A stretch of DNA of 64,000 nucleotides from Candidatus Termititenax persephonae (GTDB taxonomy: Bacteria > Margulisbacteria > Termititenacia > Termititenacales > Termititenacaceae): assembly GCA_003864475.1 (NCBI GenBank), contig BGZO01000003.1:1789-65788 (forward strand), given 5' to 3'. The notes below the pieces were generated by a model. It did not search any database and was not told where the DNA came from. It saw nothing but the letters and a program-made list of their open reading frames with translations. The stretch's first letter is position 1; each line of letters begins with the position of its first letter. Position numbers and translations under genes: made by a program. This document shows, one piece after another, positions 26,238 to 35,717 of this stretch.

Positions 26238-27586
26238 AAAATCGCAAGTGGTTGTTGGTTTTATGGTGTCTGGCTCTTTTGGCGTTTTTTCGTCTGGAAA
26301 TTTTCATCTCGCCGCTCGGACAAGATGAGTCAGTGTATGCCTATATGAGTCAGCAGGTCGGGCAGGGTGCGGTTTTGTACCGCGACGTTACCGACAATAA
26401 ACCGCCGGTGCTTTTTTGGCTGGCCGCCGCGGTAACGCGCTTGCCGGGCGTGAATCAAATCAACATCTTGATTTTAGATACTTTAATTGCCGCCTTGAGC
26501 GTTTGGCTATTCTACTTGCTGGCGTGTAAATTTACTGCAAATACTTTTTGGCTGACTACGGCCTTTATTATTTTTACCAACGCGCATCGTCTTTCCCAGG
26601 GCGGGTTTTTGACCGAACATTACGTGGTATTTTTTGTTTTGCTGGCTTGGTGGCTGTGGCTGCGCGACAAGCCGCTACCAGGGACGGATATTTTGGCGGG
26701 CGCATGTTTGGCCTTGGCCTTTTTGTCCAAACAGACTGCCTTGGCGACTTGCGCGGGCTGGGGTCTGTATATACTCCTGTATCTGCGCCGTGATTTTAAT
26801 CTTTTTTACCGCGGTCTGCGGGTCTTAGGTGGATTTCTGTCCGTACTGGCTTTAAGTTTGTTGTATCTGTATGCGCAGGGTGCGCTGGCTTATTTCTGGC
26901 AGGACTGTGTGGTTCATTTAATGCAGTACCGTGTGCAACAGGGACGCAATCCTTGGGGCGATTTTCTGGCAGTTATTGTGGATAATCTGGCCTCCGTGGC
27001 CTTGCTTTGGTTTATGCTGGCGCTGGCCTTATGCCAGCGCGGGACACAGAACACAAAATATAGAACCCTTATGTTGATTTGTTTATTTTTAGAATTTCTG
27101 GCTTTTACTGCGGGTAAGACTTTTTACGGACATCAGATTTTGCCGCTGGCTCCGGCGCTCGGTTTGCTTAGCGCTTTGTCTCTGCCTGAAAAATTTTATC
27201 TCAGATACGAAAAAGTTTTGTTAGCGCTTTTAGCGGTGTCTCTGTTGCTACAAACCTACTATACTTGGCGGGCTTTCAGGCAATTTCCTGACTTATTAGA
27301 TGATTATCGTGCGGCCAACTATATCGCACAAAACACCGCGCCGGAGGATTTTCTTTACGCGGCTTATGGTGATGCGCGTATCGCTTTCTTGTCCCGCCGT
27401 CGGCATTTTTATAAACGCGCGTATCTGGCACATGCCTATTCACCAGCGGAACAAATTTTTATGCAGAAAGAATTTGACCGATTGCGGCCGCTGTATTTGC
27501 TTAACGGCTGGCCGGCTTATGCTAATCCCGCCGCTTACCGTTTGGAAAAAGAGATTGGGCGGTATAAAATCTACAAACGCCAATGA
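26234..27586 (+). CDS. GT-C fold membrane glycosyltransferase (ArnT/PMT_2, GT39/83-like)
   Basis: The first loop is SPLGQDESVYAYMSQQVGQGAVLYRDVTDNKPPVLFWLAA, followed by about 10 hydrophobic segments. It overlaps its neighbours by 4 nt on both sides. Confidence 0.65.
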   Translation: MKNRKWLLVLWCLALLAFFRLEIFISPLGQDESVYAYMSQQVGQGAVLYRDVTDNKPPVLFWLAAAVTRLPGVNQINILILDTLIAALSVWLFYLLACKFTANTFWLTTAFIIFTNAHRLSQGGFLTEHYVVFFVLLAWWLWLRDKPLPGTDILAGACLALAFLSKQTALATCAGWGLYILLYLRRDFNLFYRGLRVLGGFLSVLALSLLYLYAQGALAYFWQDCVVHLMQYRVQQGRNPWGDFLAVIVDNLASVALLWFMLALALCQRGTQNTKYRTLMLICLFLEFLAFTAGKTFYGHQILPLAPALGLLSALSLPEKFYLRYEKVLLALLAVSLLLQTYYTWRAFRQFPDLLDDYRAANYIAQNTAPEDFLYAAYGDARIAFLSRRRHFYKRAYLAHAYSPAEQIFMQKEFDRLRPLYLLNGWPAYANPAAYRLEKEIGRYKIYKRQ

Positions 27587-28755
27587 AAGTCTGGTCAATC
27601 TTTTACGGTAACCTCTCGCTCAATCAAGGGCCGACGACGCATTTTACGGAGTTGACCAAATGCCTGACCAACGCCGGAGTTGAGGTAACCGCTTATGCGC
27701 CCGCGCTTGGCCGATACAGCGGACAAAATCAAAACTTCCCGCTGAAATATACTTGGACACTCAAGCTACCATTTGTCCGGGTAGTGGTCTATGACTTTTT
27801 ATTGGCCTTAAGATTGTTATTTACTTTTCCGAAGCCCGATATTTTTTATGTGCGGGTCGCTTATTTTTCTTTATTTACGCCGCTGTTGGCCAAAATTCTG
27901 CGCCGCAAATTGGTTTTGGAGATTAACGGTTTTGTCGTTGACGATGTTTTGTCTAAGGGCTGGCCTGCTCCCCTGCGCTGGGTCTCCATAAGTTGCGAAA
28001 AGTTTCTGCACAAAATTGCTGACGCGGCGATTTGCGTGTCCGCGACTATTAGCGAGGCCGTACAGCAATCTTTTGGCATCCCCCGGCGTAAACTGGTCGC
28101 GCTGGAAAACGGCGTGAATATTGAGCATTTTCGTCCGCTGGACAAGGCCAAGTGCCGGGCGGAGCTGGGTTTTGACAGCCAGATTAATTATATCGGCTAT
28201 GTCGGCTGTTTTACAGGCTGGGACGGGATTGAGCATATTGTTCACGCTTTGCCCGGGATACAGAAAACTTTTCCGCAGACCAAGGTTTTATTGGTCGGCG
28301 ACGGGGAACAAAGGAAATTCGTGGAGAGTGAAGTGCGCAGACTCAATTTGGCAAAAGAAGTTATTTTTACGGGCTATGTGCAGTATGCGGACTTGCCAAA
28401 ATATCTAAATGTTTTTACGGTGGCGGTCGCGCCCTACGGCGGCAGCGAGTCTATCCAGACGCGGAATAAAAAAGGCGGTCTGTCCTCGCTGAAAAGCAAA
28501 GAATATATCAGTTGCGGCTTGCCTGTGGTGGTGGCGGATATTTCCGGCGTGGCCTATCTCGCTGGTTTGGCGGGCTATGTCATCCCGCAGGGCGATAGGC
28601 AAAGTTTGACAGAAAAGGTTAAAATACTGCTGAGTAGCAAAAGTTTGCGCGAAAAGTTTGCCCGGGCAGGGCGTGAATACGCGGTCAAGAATTGTTCTTG
28701 GCAGAATGTCGCGGATAAAACAAAAGAAATATTGGCAGGAGTTCTAAAAAAATGA
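27583..28755 (+). CDS. GT-B fold glycosyltransferase (GT4 family)
   Basis: GYVGCFTGWDGIEHIVHALPGIQKTFPQTKVLLVGDGEQ...FTGYVQYADLPKYL...EYISCGLPVVVADISG. Confidence 0.8.
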   Translation: MKVWSIFYGNLSLNQGPTTHFTELTKCLTNAGVEVTAYAPALGRYSGQNQNFPLKYTWTLKLPFVRVVVYDFLLALRLLFTFPKPDIFYVRVAYFSLFTPLLAKILRRKLVLEINGFVVDDVLSKGWPAPLRWVSISCEKFLHKIADAAICVSATISEAVQQSFGIPRRKLVALENGVNIEHFRPLDKAKCRAELGFDSQINYIGYVGCFTGWDGIEHIVHALPGIQKTFPQTKVLLVGDGEQRKFVESEVRRLNLAKEVIFTGYVQYADLPKYLNVFTVAVAPYGGSESIQTRNKKGGLSSLKSKEYISCGLPVVVADISGVAYLAGLAGYVIPQGDRQSLTEKVKILLSSKSLREKFARAGREYAVKNCSWQNVADKTKEILAGVLKK

Positions 28756-29882
28756 CGGCGGATTTGGCGAGGCAAAATTTTACTTTATCTTTAATTATTC
28801 CTTGTTACAATGAGGAGAGGACTATCGCCGCCTGTCTCGAAAAAACGTGCAGTGTCGCGCAGGGGCAAAATTTTGCTTTGGAATTGATTGTGGTCGATGA
28901 TGCTTCGACTGATAACAGCCTGCGGGAATTGGCAAAAGTCGCACAAAAATATCCTAGGATTCGTGTCTTAAAACATCCGGTCAACCGCGGCAAAGGCGCG
29001 GCCTTGCGTACAGGCTTGGTGCAAGCGGTGGGTGATTTTGTCGGTATCCAAGATGCGGATGACGAGTACAATCCGCGCGAATACTTGACCTTGCTTCAAC
29101 CCTTGCTGAATAACCAAGCCGATGTGGTTTTCGGTTCGCGCTATCTGTGTCAGGACTCGCGTTATGTCTTGTACTTTTGGCACACTTGGATGAATAAATT
29201 TCTGACTTGGGTTTCTAATATGTTTACCAATCTGGATCTGACCGACATGGAAACCTGCTATAAATTATTTCGCCGGGCGGTTATCCAAAAAATTGCGCCG
29301 CAGTTGAAAGAAGAACGTTTCGGCTTTGAGCCGGAGATTACTGCCCGTGTCGCGCAGCTTGGCTGCCGTGTTTATGAATGCGCAATTTCCTACAATCCGC
29401 GTTCCTACGAGGAAGGCAAGAAAATCAATTGGCGGGACGGCATCCGGGCTTTGTACTGCATCCTGCATTACAGTGCGCATACCGCGCCCTTGCCGATGCA
29501 GATTATCTTGTACTTTTTTATTGGCGGGGTCTCGTTATTTGTCAATGTGTTTTGTTTTTACTTGCTGGGGCGTTTTGCTTGGCCCTTGCCTCACGCCATC
29601 GCGGGGTCTTTTGCCGCGTCGGCTTTGGCTAATTATTTGTTGTGCATCCATATCTTATTTCAACATAAGGCGCGTTGGAATACGCTGGGCGAGATTGTTG
29701 TTTATATTTTGGCGGTGGCGGTCATGGGTGTCATCGATTACGGTATTACTGGTGGTTTGCTGGCCTTGTTGTGGTCTCCACTGCGGAGCAAGTTTTGGGC
29801 GGCGGCGGTCGGCTTTGTTGGCAACTTTGTTTTGCGGCGCTGGGTTATTTTTCCTGAAAAGAAGAGGCCGATTTTAGTTTGA
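28752..29882 (+). CDS. Polyprenyl-phosphate glycosyltransferase-like GT2 (Dpm1/PpgS-like) fused to a C-terminal GtrA-like 4-TM domain
   Basis: LSLIIPCYNEERTI...LIVVDDASTDNS...IQDADDEYNP...GSRY...EEGKKINWRDG. The last ~125 aa, ILYFFIGGVSLFVNVFCFYLL...GFVGNFVLRRWVIF, are GtrA-family-like. Confidence 0.7.
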   Translation: MTADLARQNFTLSLIIPCYNEERTIAACLEKTCSVAQGQNFALELIVVDDASTDNSLRELAKVAQKYPRIRVLKHPVNRGKGAALRTGLVQAVGDFVGIQDADDEYNPREYLTLLQPLLNNQADVVFGSRYLCQDSRYVLYFWHTWMNKFLTWVSNMFTNLDLTDMETCYKLFRRAVIQKIAPQLKEERFGFEPEITARVAQLGCRVYECAISYNPRSYEEGKKINWRDGIRALYCILHYSAHTAPLPMQIILYFFIGGVSLFVNVFCFYLLGRFAWPLPHAIAGSFAASALANYLLCIHILFQHKARWNTLGEIVVYILAVAVMGVIDYGITGGLLALLWSPLRSKFWAAAVGFVGNFVLRRWVIFPEKKRPILV

Positions 29883-31509
29883 GTACATAAAAAAACAGAT
29901 TATTGGTGCCGTTGCTGTTCCAGTTGTTCGGCTCTAGTTCAATAGAGGAAGTGCTTATTTTTTCATACACCACTTCGTATTGCGCATAAGTATTTGTCCA
30001 CGGCGGTACGCTTAGTTTTTTCTCATTCCAGAAATCTTGGCAATATTGAAATTTCTGTTCGTCCAGCGGGGCATAAGTATCCAGAAAAGCAATGGTTTGA
30101 AAATCTGCCGGACGGTTCGGCAGATAATTAACACGGTCGGCGTATTTGTATTTTTGGCGGATATTTTTGAGCAGCGGCGCGTTAACATTGTCGTATTCGC
30201 CAATCAGATAGGGCTGATAGTGTTCGATTATTTTGACAAGTTCTTTTTCGTTCAGCGGAGTTTGCCGTCCGCGCAGGAAGCTGGGAAAGAAGAACAGAAA
30301 TATACCTGTATAGGCGGACAGTAGATACGCCAAGGTTTTGGTTTTTAGTTCGGGCAGGCTTTGGGCGATAACGTAGATAAACAGCGGCAGATAAACCAAA
30401 GCATTGCGCGTGGGAGTCAGGGTTAATTTTTGAGTAAAAACTAAACCGAGATAAGTCAGCAAACTGAAAACGACAAATAACCCTTCCGGTGTTTTGTAAC
30501 ATTTACGCAAGCCGAGAACAAAACCAGCCGTAAACAGGCCGCCGAAAATCCAGTAAAAAAAATTATCTGCCGCGACTGGGCTTAAAGTGTGCGTCAAAAC
30601 TAAAAACCCGTTGCGGAGCAGAAACCAAAAAATATTTTTATCCGGCGTGAATAAAAACTCGCCGTGCAGTCCGCTATTGTAAATTGCCGCGCCGGCGGTC
30701 GGCCTGACGAGCAGGATATAACACAGCGCGGGCAGACCAAAGGCTAAGTTTAGCAAACCACTGTAAATAAGTTTTTTGGCTTCTGGATAAGAGAAACGTT
30801 TAAGCCAAAAATTGACTAAATAATACGCGGGCAGTAAAAAAAATAGTTGATAATGTGCATAAACAAATAAAGTTGTCAGCCCGGCGGAAGTCAGCCAATG
30901 CTGGCGAAAAAAATTTTCCTGCCGGCTGTGCTGCAACAGCAGCAATAAGCCCGCCGCCGCCAGACAGCCGATAGCGTAGCTGTAGGATTGTTTGGCGAAA
31001 ATAATGTTTTCTAGAGACAAGGCGCCAATGAGAACGCCGAGCAGTAAGGCGGTGTGGTTGTTTTTTTTTAAAATAAAGCACAGCAATAAAATGGTCAGCA
31101 GGCTAAAGACACAAGACGGCAAACGTCCCATAAAAAGCAGAGTGTTGTAGTTTTGCTGGTCGTTGATTAGAAACGGTGTGATTAAAAATTGTAGCGGCGC
31201 ATTGCTGTTGGTCAGCGGGACAATCAGAAAACGGGCAAGATAAAAGGTTGCGTCAAAAATAAAGCGGGTCTGCGGATTTTCGTAAATATTTTTGATTAAG
31301 GTTTTTTGTCGGGAATGATACGCCGCGTTGAGCGGGTTGTCGATGATGTCCAGCAATTCTTGGCGATAGTCCGGGTGTTTGGCGCGCAGAATATCGATAA
31401 TAGTTATGGCATCGTCTAAGTGGACAAAATGCGTCCCCAAATCTGCCAAGCGCACGGCACAAGCCAGAAGGAGAATTAAAAGCAAACAGACTTTTTTTAA
31501 TTTACCCAT
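29845..31509 (-). CDS. Large polytopic membrane protein with C-terminal soluble domain (paralogue of 32474-34147); putative lipid-carrier-dependent glycosyltransferase, family not recognised
   Basis: A 554-aa protein with a signal/TM N-terminus, then GTHFVHLDD and a ~90-aa loop, about 11 hydrophobic segments and a C-terminal ~140-aa domain ending NGTNNLFFYVLKL. It is the last gene of a three-gene minus-strand operon with a GtrB-like GT2. Confidence 0.55.
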   Translation of the reverse strand: MGKLKKVCLLLILLLACAVRLADLGTHFVHLDDAITIIDILRAKHPDYRQELLDIIDNPLNAAYHSRQKTLIKNIYENPQTRFIFDATFYLARFLIVPLTNSNAPLQFLITPFLINDQQNYNTLLFMGRLPSCVFSLLTILLLCFILKKNNHTALLLGVLIGALSLENIIFAKQSYSYAIGCLAAAGLLLLLQHSRQENFFRQHWLTSAGLTTLFVYAHYQLFFLLPAYYLVNFWLKRFSYPEAKKLIYSGLLNLAFGLPALCYILLVRPTAGAAIYNSGLHGEFLFTPDKNIFWFLLRNGFLVLTHTLSPVAADNFFYWIFGGLFTAGFVLGLRKCYKTPEGLFVVFSLLTYLGLVFTQKLTLTPTRNALVYLPLFIYVIAQSLPELKTKTLAYLLSAYTGIFLFFFPSFLRGRQTPLNEKELVKIIEHYQPYLIGEYDNVNAPLLKNIRQKYKYADRVNYLPNRPADFQTIAFLDTYAPLDEQKFQYCQDFWNEKKLSVPPWTNTYAQYEVVYEKISTSSIELEPNNWNSNGTNNLFFYVLKLKSASSFQEK

Positions 31510-31517
31510 GGGCAGAA

Positions 31518-32474
31518 TTATTTATTTAATAATTTTTCGATAATATATCTTGGCCGCTGTTTGGTTTCCAGATAAATCTTGCCAATATATTCGCCAATGA
31601 CCCCGATAGAAAAAATAATCAAGCCGCCGATAGCCCAAAGCGAAACTGCTAAACTAGCCCAGCCGACTATGGTATGTCCAGAGAAATAACGGTAGATAGA
31701 CCAGACAATCATGGCCAAGCTGACCAAAAGCAACAATATGCCGAGTAAGGTAATCAGACGGATAGGTTTAATAGATAGAGACGTGATGCCTTCGAGCGCA
31801 AAATTCAGCATTTTGTAGAACGGATATTTGCTTGTGCCTGCCAGGCGTTTGGCACGCGTGTAATACTCTACGCCGGTTTTATACCCCAGCAGGGGAATAA
31901 TCCCGCGCAAGAAAAGATTTACTTCGCCATACTCTGCCAGCGCGTCTAAGGCTCGTCTGCCCATTAGACGAAAGTCCGCGTGATTATAAATGGTCTGGAC
32001 CCCCAGCAGGCTCATAAGTTTGTAAAAAGCCTGCGCGGTTATTTTTTTGAAGAGACCGTCTGTTTGGCGGTTATTGCGCACGCCGTAAACTATTTCACAG
32101 CCAGCTAGGAATTGCCGAACCATGCCGTCGATAACAGTGATGTCATCCTGCATATCGGCATCAATAGAAATAACCGCGTCGCAGGAGTCTTTGACGGTCA
32201 ATAGCCCGCAGAGCAAAGCGTTTTGGTGGCCGCGGTTTTTACTTAGTTTGATTCCGCTAAAAATTTGCGGACAACGGCGATGCTGTTCGGCAATCAATTC
32301 CCAGGTTTTGTCTTGTGAGCCGTCGTCGACAAAAACAACCTTAGATTTTTTCGAGACTAGCCGCGCGGACTGCAGAGCGCGGATTTTCTGCGCCAATTTT
32401 ACTGCGGTTTGCGGAAAAATTTCCTCTTCATTGTAGCAAGGAACGACAAGAGCTAGAGTAAGCATATTTGGCAT
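31518..32474 (-). CDS. Polyprenyl-phosphate glycosyltransferase (GtrB/ArnC-like GT2 with two C-terminal TM helices)
   Basis: LALVVPCYNEEEIF...VVFVDDGSQDKTWELI...KLSKNRGHQNALLCGL...ISIDADMQDD, plus two C-terminal hydrophobic helices. Confidence 0.8.
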   Translation of the reverse strand: MPNMLTLALVVPCYNEEEIFPQTAVKLAQKIRALQSARLVSKKSKVVFVDDGSQDKTWELIAEQHRRCPQIFSGIKLSKNRGHQNALLCGLLTVKDSCDAVISIDADMQDDITVIDGMVRQFLAGCEIVYGVRNNRQTDGLFKKITAQAFYKLMSLLGVQTIYNHADFRLMGRRALDALAEYGEVNLFLRGIIPLLGYKTGVEYYTRAKRLAGTSKYPFYKMLNFALEGITSLSIKPIRLITLLGILLLLVSLAMIVWSIYRYFSGHTIVGWASLAVSLWAIGGLIIFSIGVIGEYIGKIYLETKQRPRYIIEKLLNK

Positions 32475-34147
32475 TATAACTGAAGAATGTAGAAAAATAA
32501 ATTATTCGTACCGTTGGTGTTCCAATAATTCGGTTCGTGTTCGATATTGGTAGTGCTGATTTTCTCGTAAATTACTTTATATTGATTATACGGTGTTTCC
32601 CAGCGCTGATTGGTTCCAGCGTTCCAAATTTGCTGGGAGATATTGAAATGCGTCTCATTGAGTTCTTCCCACGTGCTGTAAAATAAGACTGTTTTATAGT
32701 TACGCGTTGGCTGATTTAGAAAAATATTATGGTCGCCGTCAACGTAATTGTATTGCCGGCGCACCTGCGGGAACATCGCCAGATGCAGAGAGTGTTCATA
32801 GCCCGCAATTAAATTCGGCTGATAGGTCTCAATAATCTTCAGCAATTCTTTTTCGTTAATCGGGTCGCGCCTGTCCTGAACAAATCCGGGGAAGAAGTAT
32901 AAAAAAATTCCCGTATAGACGAGCAGCAACAGATAGATAATGCTGTCCTTTAATTTTAATTCGGAGATGCTTTGGGCGATGGGATAAATGAAAAGCGGCA
33001 GGTAAACCAAGGATTGGCGGGTCGGGGTCATGGCCAGTTGCTGAATAGCAATCAACGCCAAATAAATGCCAAAGCAAAGTGTTAAGTAGAGAAATTCCGG
33101 CTGTCTGCGGATTTTGCCAAGCCCGCGCCAAAATGCCGCAAAGAACAATAGGCCAAACAGCCAGTAAAGAAGTTGGTCCGCGGTAACTGGGCTGAGGGTG
33201 TGCGTGATTACCAAAAAACTATTTCTGATAAAAAACCAAATGGGATAAAACAAAATATTTTGGCCGCTAGGCGTAAATAAAAATTCGCCGAATTTGCCTA
33301 TAACATAACGCCCAGACTCGACTTGGGCGCCGTGAATGAACAGCAGGAACAATAAAGTGGGCAGGCAGAGCAGAAAACTGACCGCACAGCTTTGCTTCAC
33401 TTTGAGGCTTTCCGCCGGATTATGGCGTTTTAGCCAAAAATTGGCCAAGTAATAGGCAGGCAAAAGAAACGCCACTTGATAGTGGGTGTAAGCGAGGACG
33501 GCGGCTAACACGCCGGAAGGCAGCCAGTATTTTTGGAAAAATTTATCTTCCTGACTGCGCTGAAACAAAAGTAGCAGGGTAGCCGAAGCCAGACAGCCGA
33601 AAGCGTAAGCGGGCGCAAATTTGGCTTGGATAATGCTCTCCAGCGACAGTGCGCAAATTAACATTCCGCCTAATGCGCCCGCGGTATTTGTTTTGCGGCG
33701 CAGAGTCAAAAAAATCAAACAGACGGTCAGCACCCCAAAAATAAAAGACGGCAGACGGCCCATCAATAAATTTAAGCGATAGCTATAGTTTGGCGAAGTA
33801 ATCAAGGTAAACAAGGTAGGCTGGATAGGGGCAATGTTAGAATCCAAAGGCAGAATCATAAATCTGGACAGGTACACCCCGGCCTCGAAAATAAATCTGG
33901 AGCGAGGATTGTCATATATTTTACGGATAAGTTTTTTTTGCCTGTCGTCATGATGCGGTCTGGCGGGGTCGTAAAGAGAGGTTAATAATTCTTGGCGAAA
34001 GCGCGGCTCCTGAGTACGGAAAACATCCGCGAACATAAAAACATCGTCATAGTGGGCGAAATGTGTGCTTAAATCGACACCCCGCGCGAAAAAAGCCAAA
34101 GCAAATATGAGCAGAAAACCGAGATGGCGCAGATATTTGGGCGGCAT
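32474..34147 (-). CDS. Large polytopic membrane protein with C-terminal soluble domain (paralogue of 29845-31509)
   Basis: A 557-aa protein with STHFAHYDD and the same loop, TM and C-terminal architecture, ending NGTNNLFFYILQL. Its stop shares nucleotide 32474 with the start of the GtrB-like gene. Confidence 0.55.
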   Translation of the reverse strand: MPPKYLRHLGFLLIFALAFFARGVDLSTHFAHYDDVFMFADVFRTQEPRFRQELLTSLYDPARPHHDDRQKKLIRKIYDNPRSRFIFEAGVYLSRFMILPLDSNIAPIQPTLFTLITSPNYSYRLNLLMGRLPSFIFGVLTVCLIFLTLRRKTNTAGALGGMLICALSLESIIQAKFAPAYAFGCLASATLLLLFQRSQEDKFFQKYWLPSGVLAAVLAYTHYQVAFLLPAYYLANFWLKRHNPAESLKVKQSCAVSFLLCLPTLLFLLFIHGAQVESGRYVIGKFGEFLFTPSGQNILFYPIWFFIRNSFLVITHTLSPVTADQLLYWLFGLLFFAAFWRGLGKIRRQPEFLYLTLCFGIYLALIAIQQLAMTPTRQSLVYLPLFIYPIAQSISELKLKDSIIYLLLLVYTGIFLYFFPGFVQDRRDPINEKELLKIIETYQPNLIAGYEHSLHLAMFPQVRRQYNYVDGDHNIFLNQPTRNYKTVLFYSTWEELNETHFNISQQIWNAGTNQRWETPYNQYKVIYEKISTTNIEHEPNYWNTNGTNNLFFYILQL

Positions 34148-34232
34148 AGACGGTAATTAAAGCATAGAAATATAAATAAAGCAGTAAACCTAGTCTAGGA
34201 AAAATCCTAAGATAGAGATAAAATAAACGCCA

Positions 34233-34595
34233 ATGCCTAAATTAATATCATTGCCGACTTACCGGGACGGCCGCGGCAGTTTGACTGTGGTGGAAAAAAT
34301 CCTGCCTTTTGAGATTAAGAGGATTTACTATATTTATAATTGCGCCGATTTGCCGCGCGGCGGGCATCGACATAAAAAAGCGATACAAGCCTTGATTTGC
34401 CTGAAGGGTTCTTGCGCGGTCGACTGGAATAACGGCCAGGCCAAAGGCACGGTTGACTTAAACCAGCCTGACCAAGTATTGATTGTGTTGCCGGAGGATT
34501 ACCATGTCATGCGTGATTTTACACCCGAGGCCGTGTTACTGGTAATTTCGTCGGAATATTTTGCCGCCGAGGATTATATAGACGAGGATTATTGA
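34233..34595 (+). CDS. FdtA/QdtA (WxcM C-terminal)-like dTDP-4-keto-6-deoxyhexose 3,4-ketoisomerase
   Basis: YRDGRGSLTVVEKILPFEIKRIYYIYNCADLPRGGHRHKKAIQALICLKGSC...EYFAAEDYI closely follows the FdtA pattern (RGxL..E...PF.IKR.YYI....RG.HAHKK..Q.L.CL.GSC). Confidence 0.8.
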   Translation: MPKLISLPTYRDGRGSLTVVEKILPFEIKRIYYIYNCADLPRGGHRHKKAIQALICLKGSCAVDWNNGQAKGTVDLNQPDQVLIVLPEDYHVMRDFTPEAVLLVISSEYFAAEDYIDEDY

Positions 34596-35680
34596 TGCTG
34601 GAATACGAAAATCTGGCGCGGCTTAACGCTCCCTTTCTAGCGCAATACCAAGACAAGTTTGCCGAGATTGCCCAAAAAGGCTGGTATATTTTGGGCAACG
34701 AAGTTTCCTTGTTTGAGCGGGAGTTTGCCGATTATTGTGGTGCGCGATACTGCGTCGGGGTCGCCAACGGTTTGGACGCGCTGACCTTATCTTTGCGGGC
34801 GTGCGCTTTCCCCCCCCAGTCAGAAATTCTTGTTCCCGCCAATACTTATATTGCGACAATTTTGGCGGTCTTGCAGGCCGGGCATATTCCCGTGCTGGTC
34901 GAGCCGGACATCCGTACCTATAATCTTGATGACAAACTTGTCGAAGCTAAAATAACCGCTAAGACTAAAGCCATTATGCCTGTGCATCTCTACGGACGGC
35001 TGTGCGCCATGCCCGAAATTTTATCTCTGGCGCAGAAATACCAGCTGAAAATAATCGAGGATGCCGCGCAGGCGCACGGCGCGGCCTTGAACGGGCGCAG
35101 GGCCGGGGCGTGGGGAGATTTGACAGCTTTTAGTTTTTATCCGACCAAAAATTTAGGGGCATTGGGCGACGGCGGCGCGGTAACCACAGACAACGCAGAG
35201 TATGCGGAGAGATTAAAAGCCCTGCGCAATTACGGCTCATCCCAAAAATATTATAACGCAATGCTTGGCGTGAATTCCCGTCTGGACGAAGTGCAGGCGG
35301 GTTTTCTGCGGATTAAATTAAAATCTCTAGACAAAATCAACGCGCATAAAAATAAATTGGCCGCTATTTATCAAGCGGAACTGCCTGGCCAATTCATCAA
35401 GCCTTGGGTCGCGCCGGAGTATTATCATGTCTACCACATTTACAATATCCGCCACCCTGAGCGCGACCGCCTGAAAAAATATTTGGCACAGCAGGGCATC
35501 AAGACGGAGATTCATTATCCCGTCGCGCCCAATAAACAACAAGCCCTGCGCGGTATCTTGGCTCAGCTAGCTACGCCGTTGGCGGAAGAAATCCACCGCA
35601 CGACGCTGACTTTACCGCTGTCCTATGCCCACACGGAGACGGATATTTTGCACGTCTGTAAAATCTTAAAAAAGTTCTAG
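34592..35680 (+). CDS. DegT-family PLP aminotransferase (FdtB/QdtB-like, dTDP-3-amino-3,6-dideoxyhexose forming)
   Basis: GWYILGNEVSLFEREFADYCGARYCVGVANGLDALTLSL...FSFYPTKNLGALGDGGAV. There is a 4-nt overlap with the isomerase gene. Confidence 0.8.
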   Translation: MMLEYENLARLNAPFLAQYQDKFAEIAQKGWYILGNEVSLFEREFADYCGARYCVGVANGLDALTLSLRACAFPPQSEILVPANTYIATILAVLQAGHIPVLVEPDIRTYNLDDKLVEAKITAKTKAIMPVHLYGRLCAMPEILSLAQKYQLKIIEDAAQAHGAALNGRRAGAWGDLTAFSFYPTKNLGALGDGGAVTTDNAEYAERLKALRNYGSSQKYYNAMLGVNSRLDEVQAGFLRIKLKSLDKINAHKNKLAAIYQAELPGQFIKPWVAPEYYHVYHIYNIRHPERDRLKKYLAQQGIKTEIHYPVAPNKQQALRGILAQLATPLAEEIHRTTLTLPLSYAHTETDILHVCKILKKF

Positions 35681-35717
35681 ATGGTTTTGCCGCGCGATTT
35701 GTAGTAAGATTTTGGCA

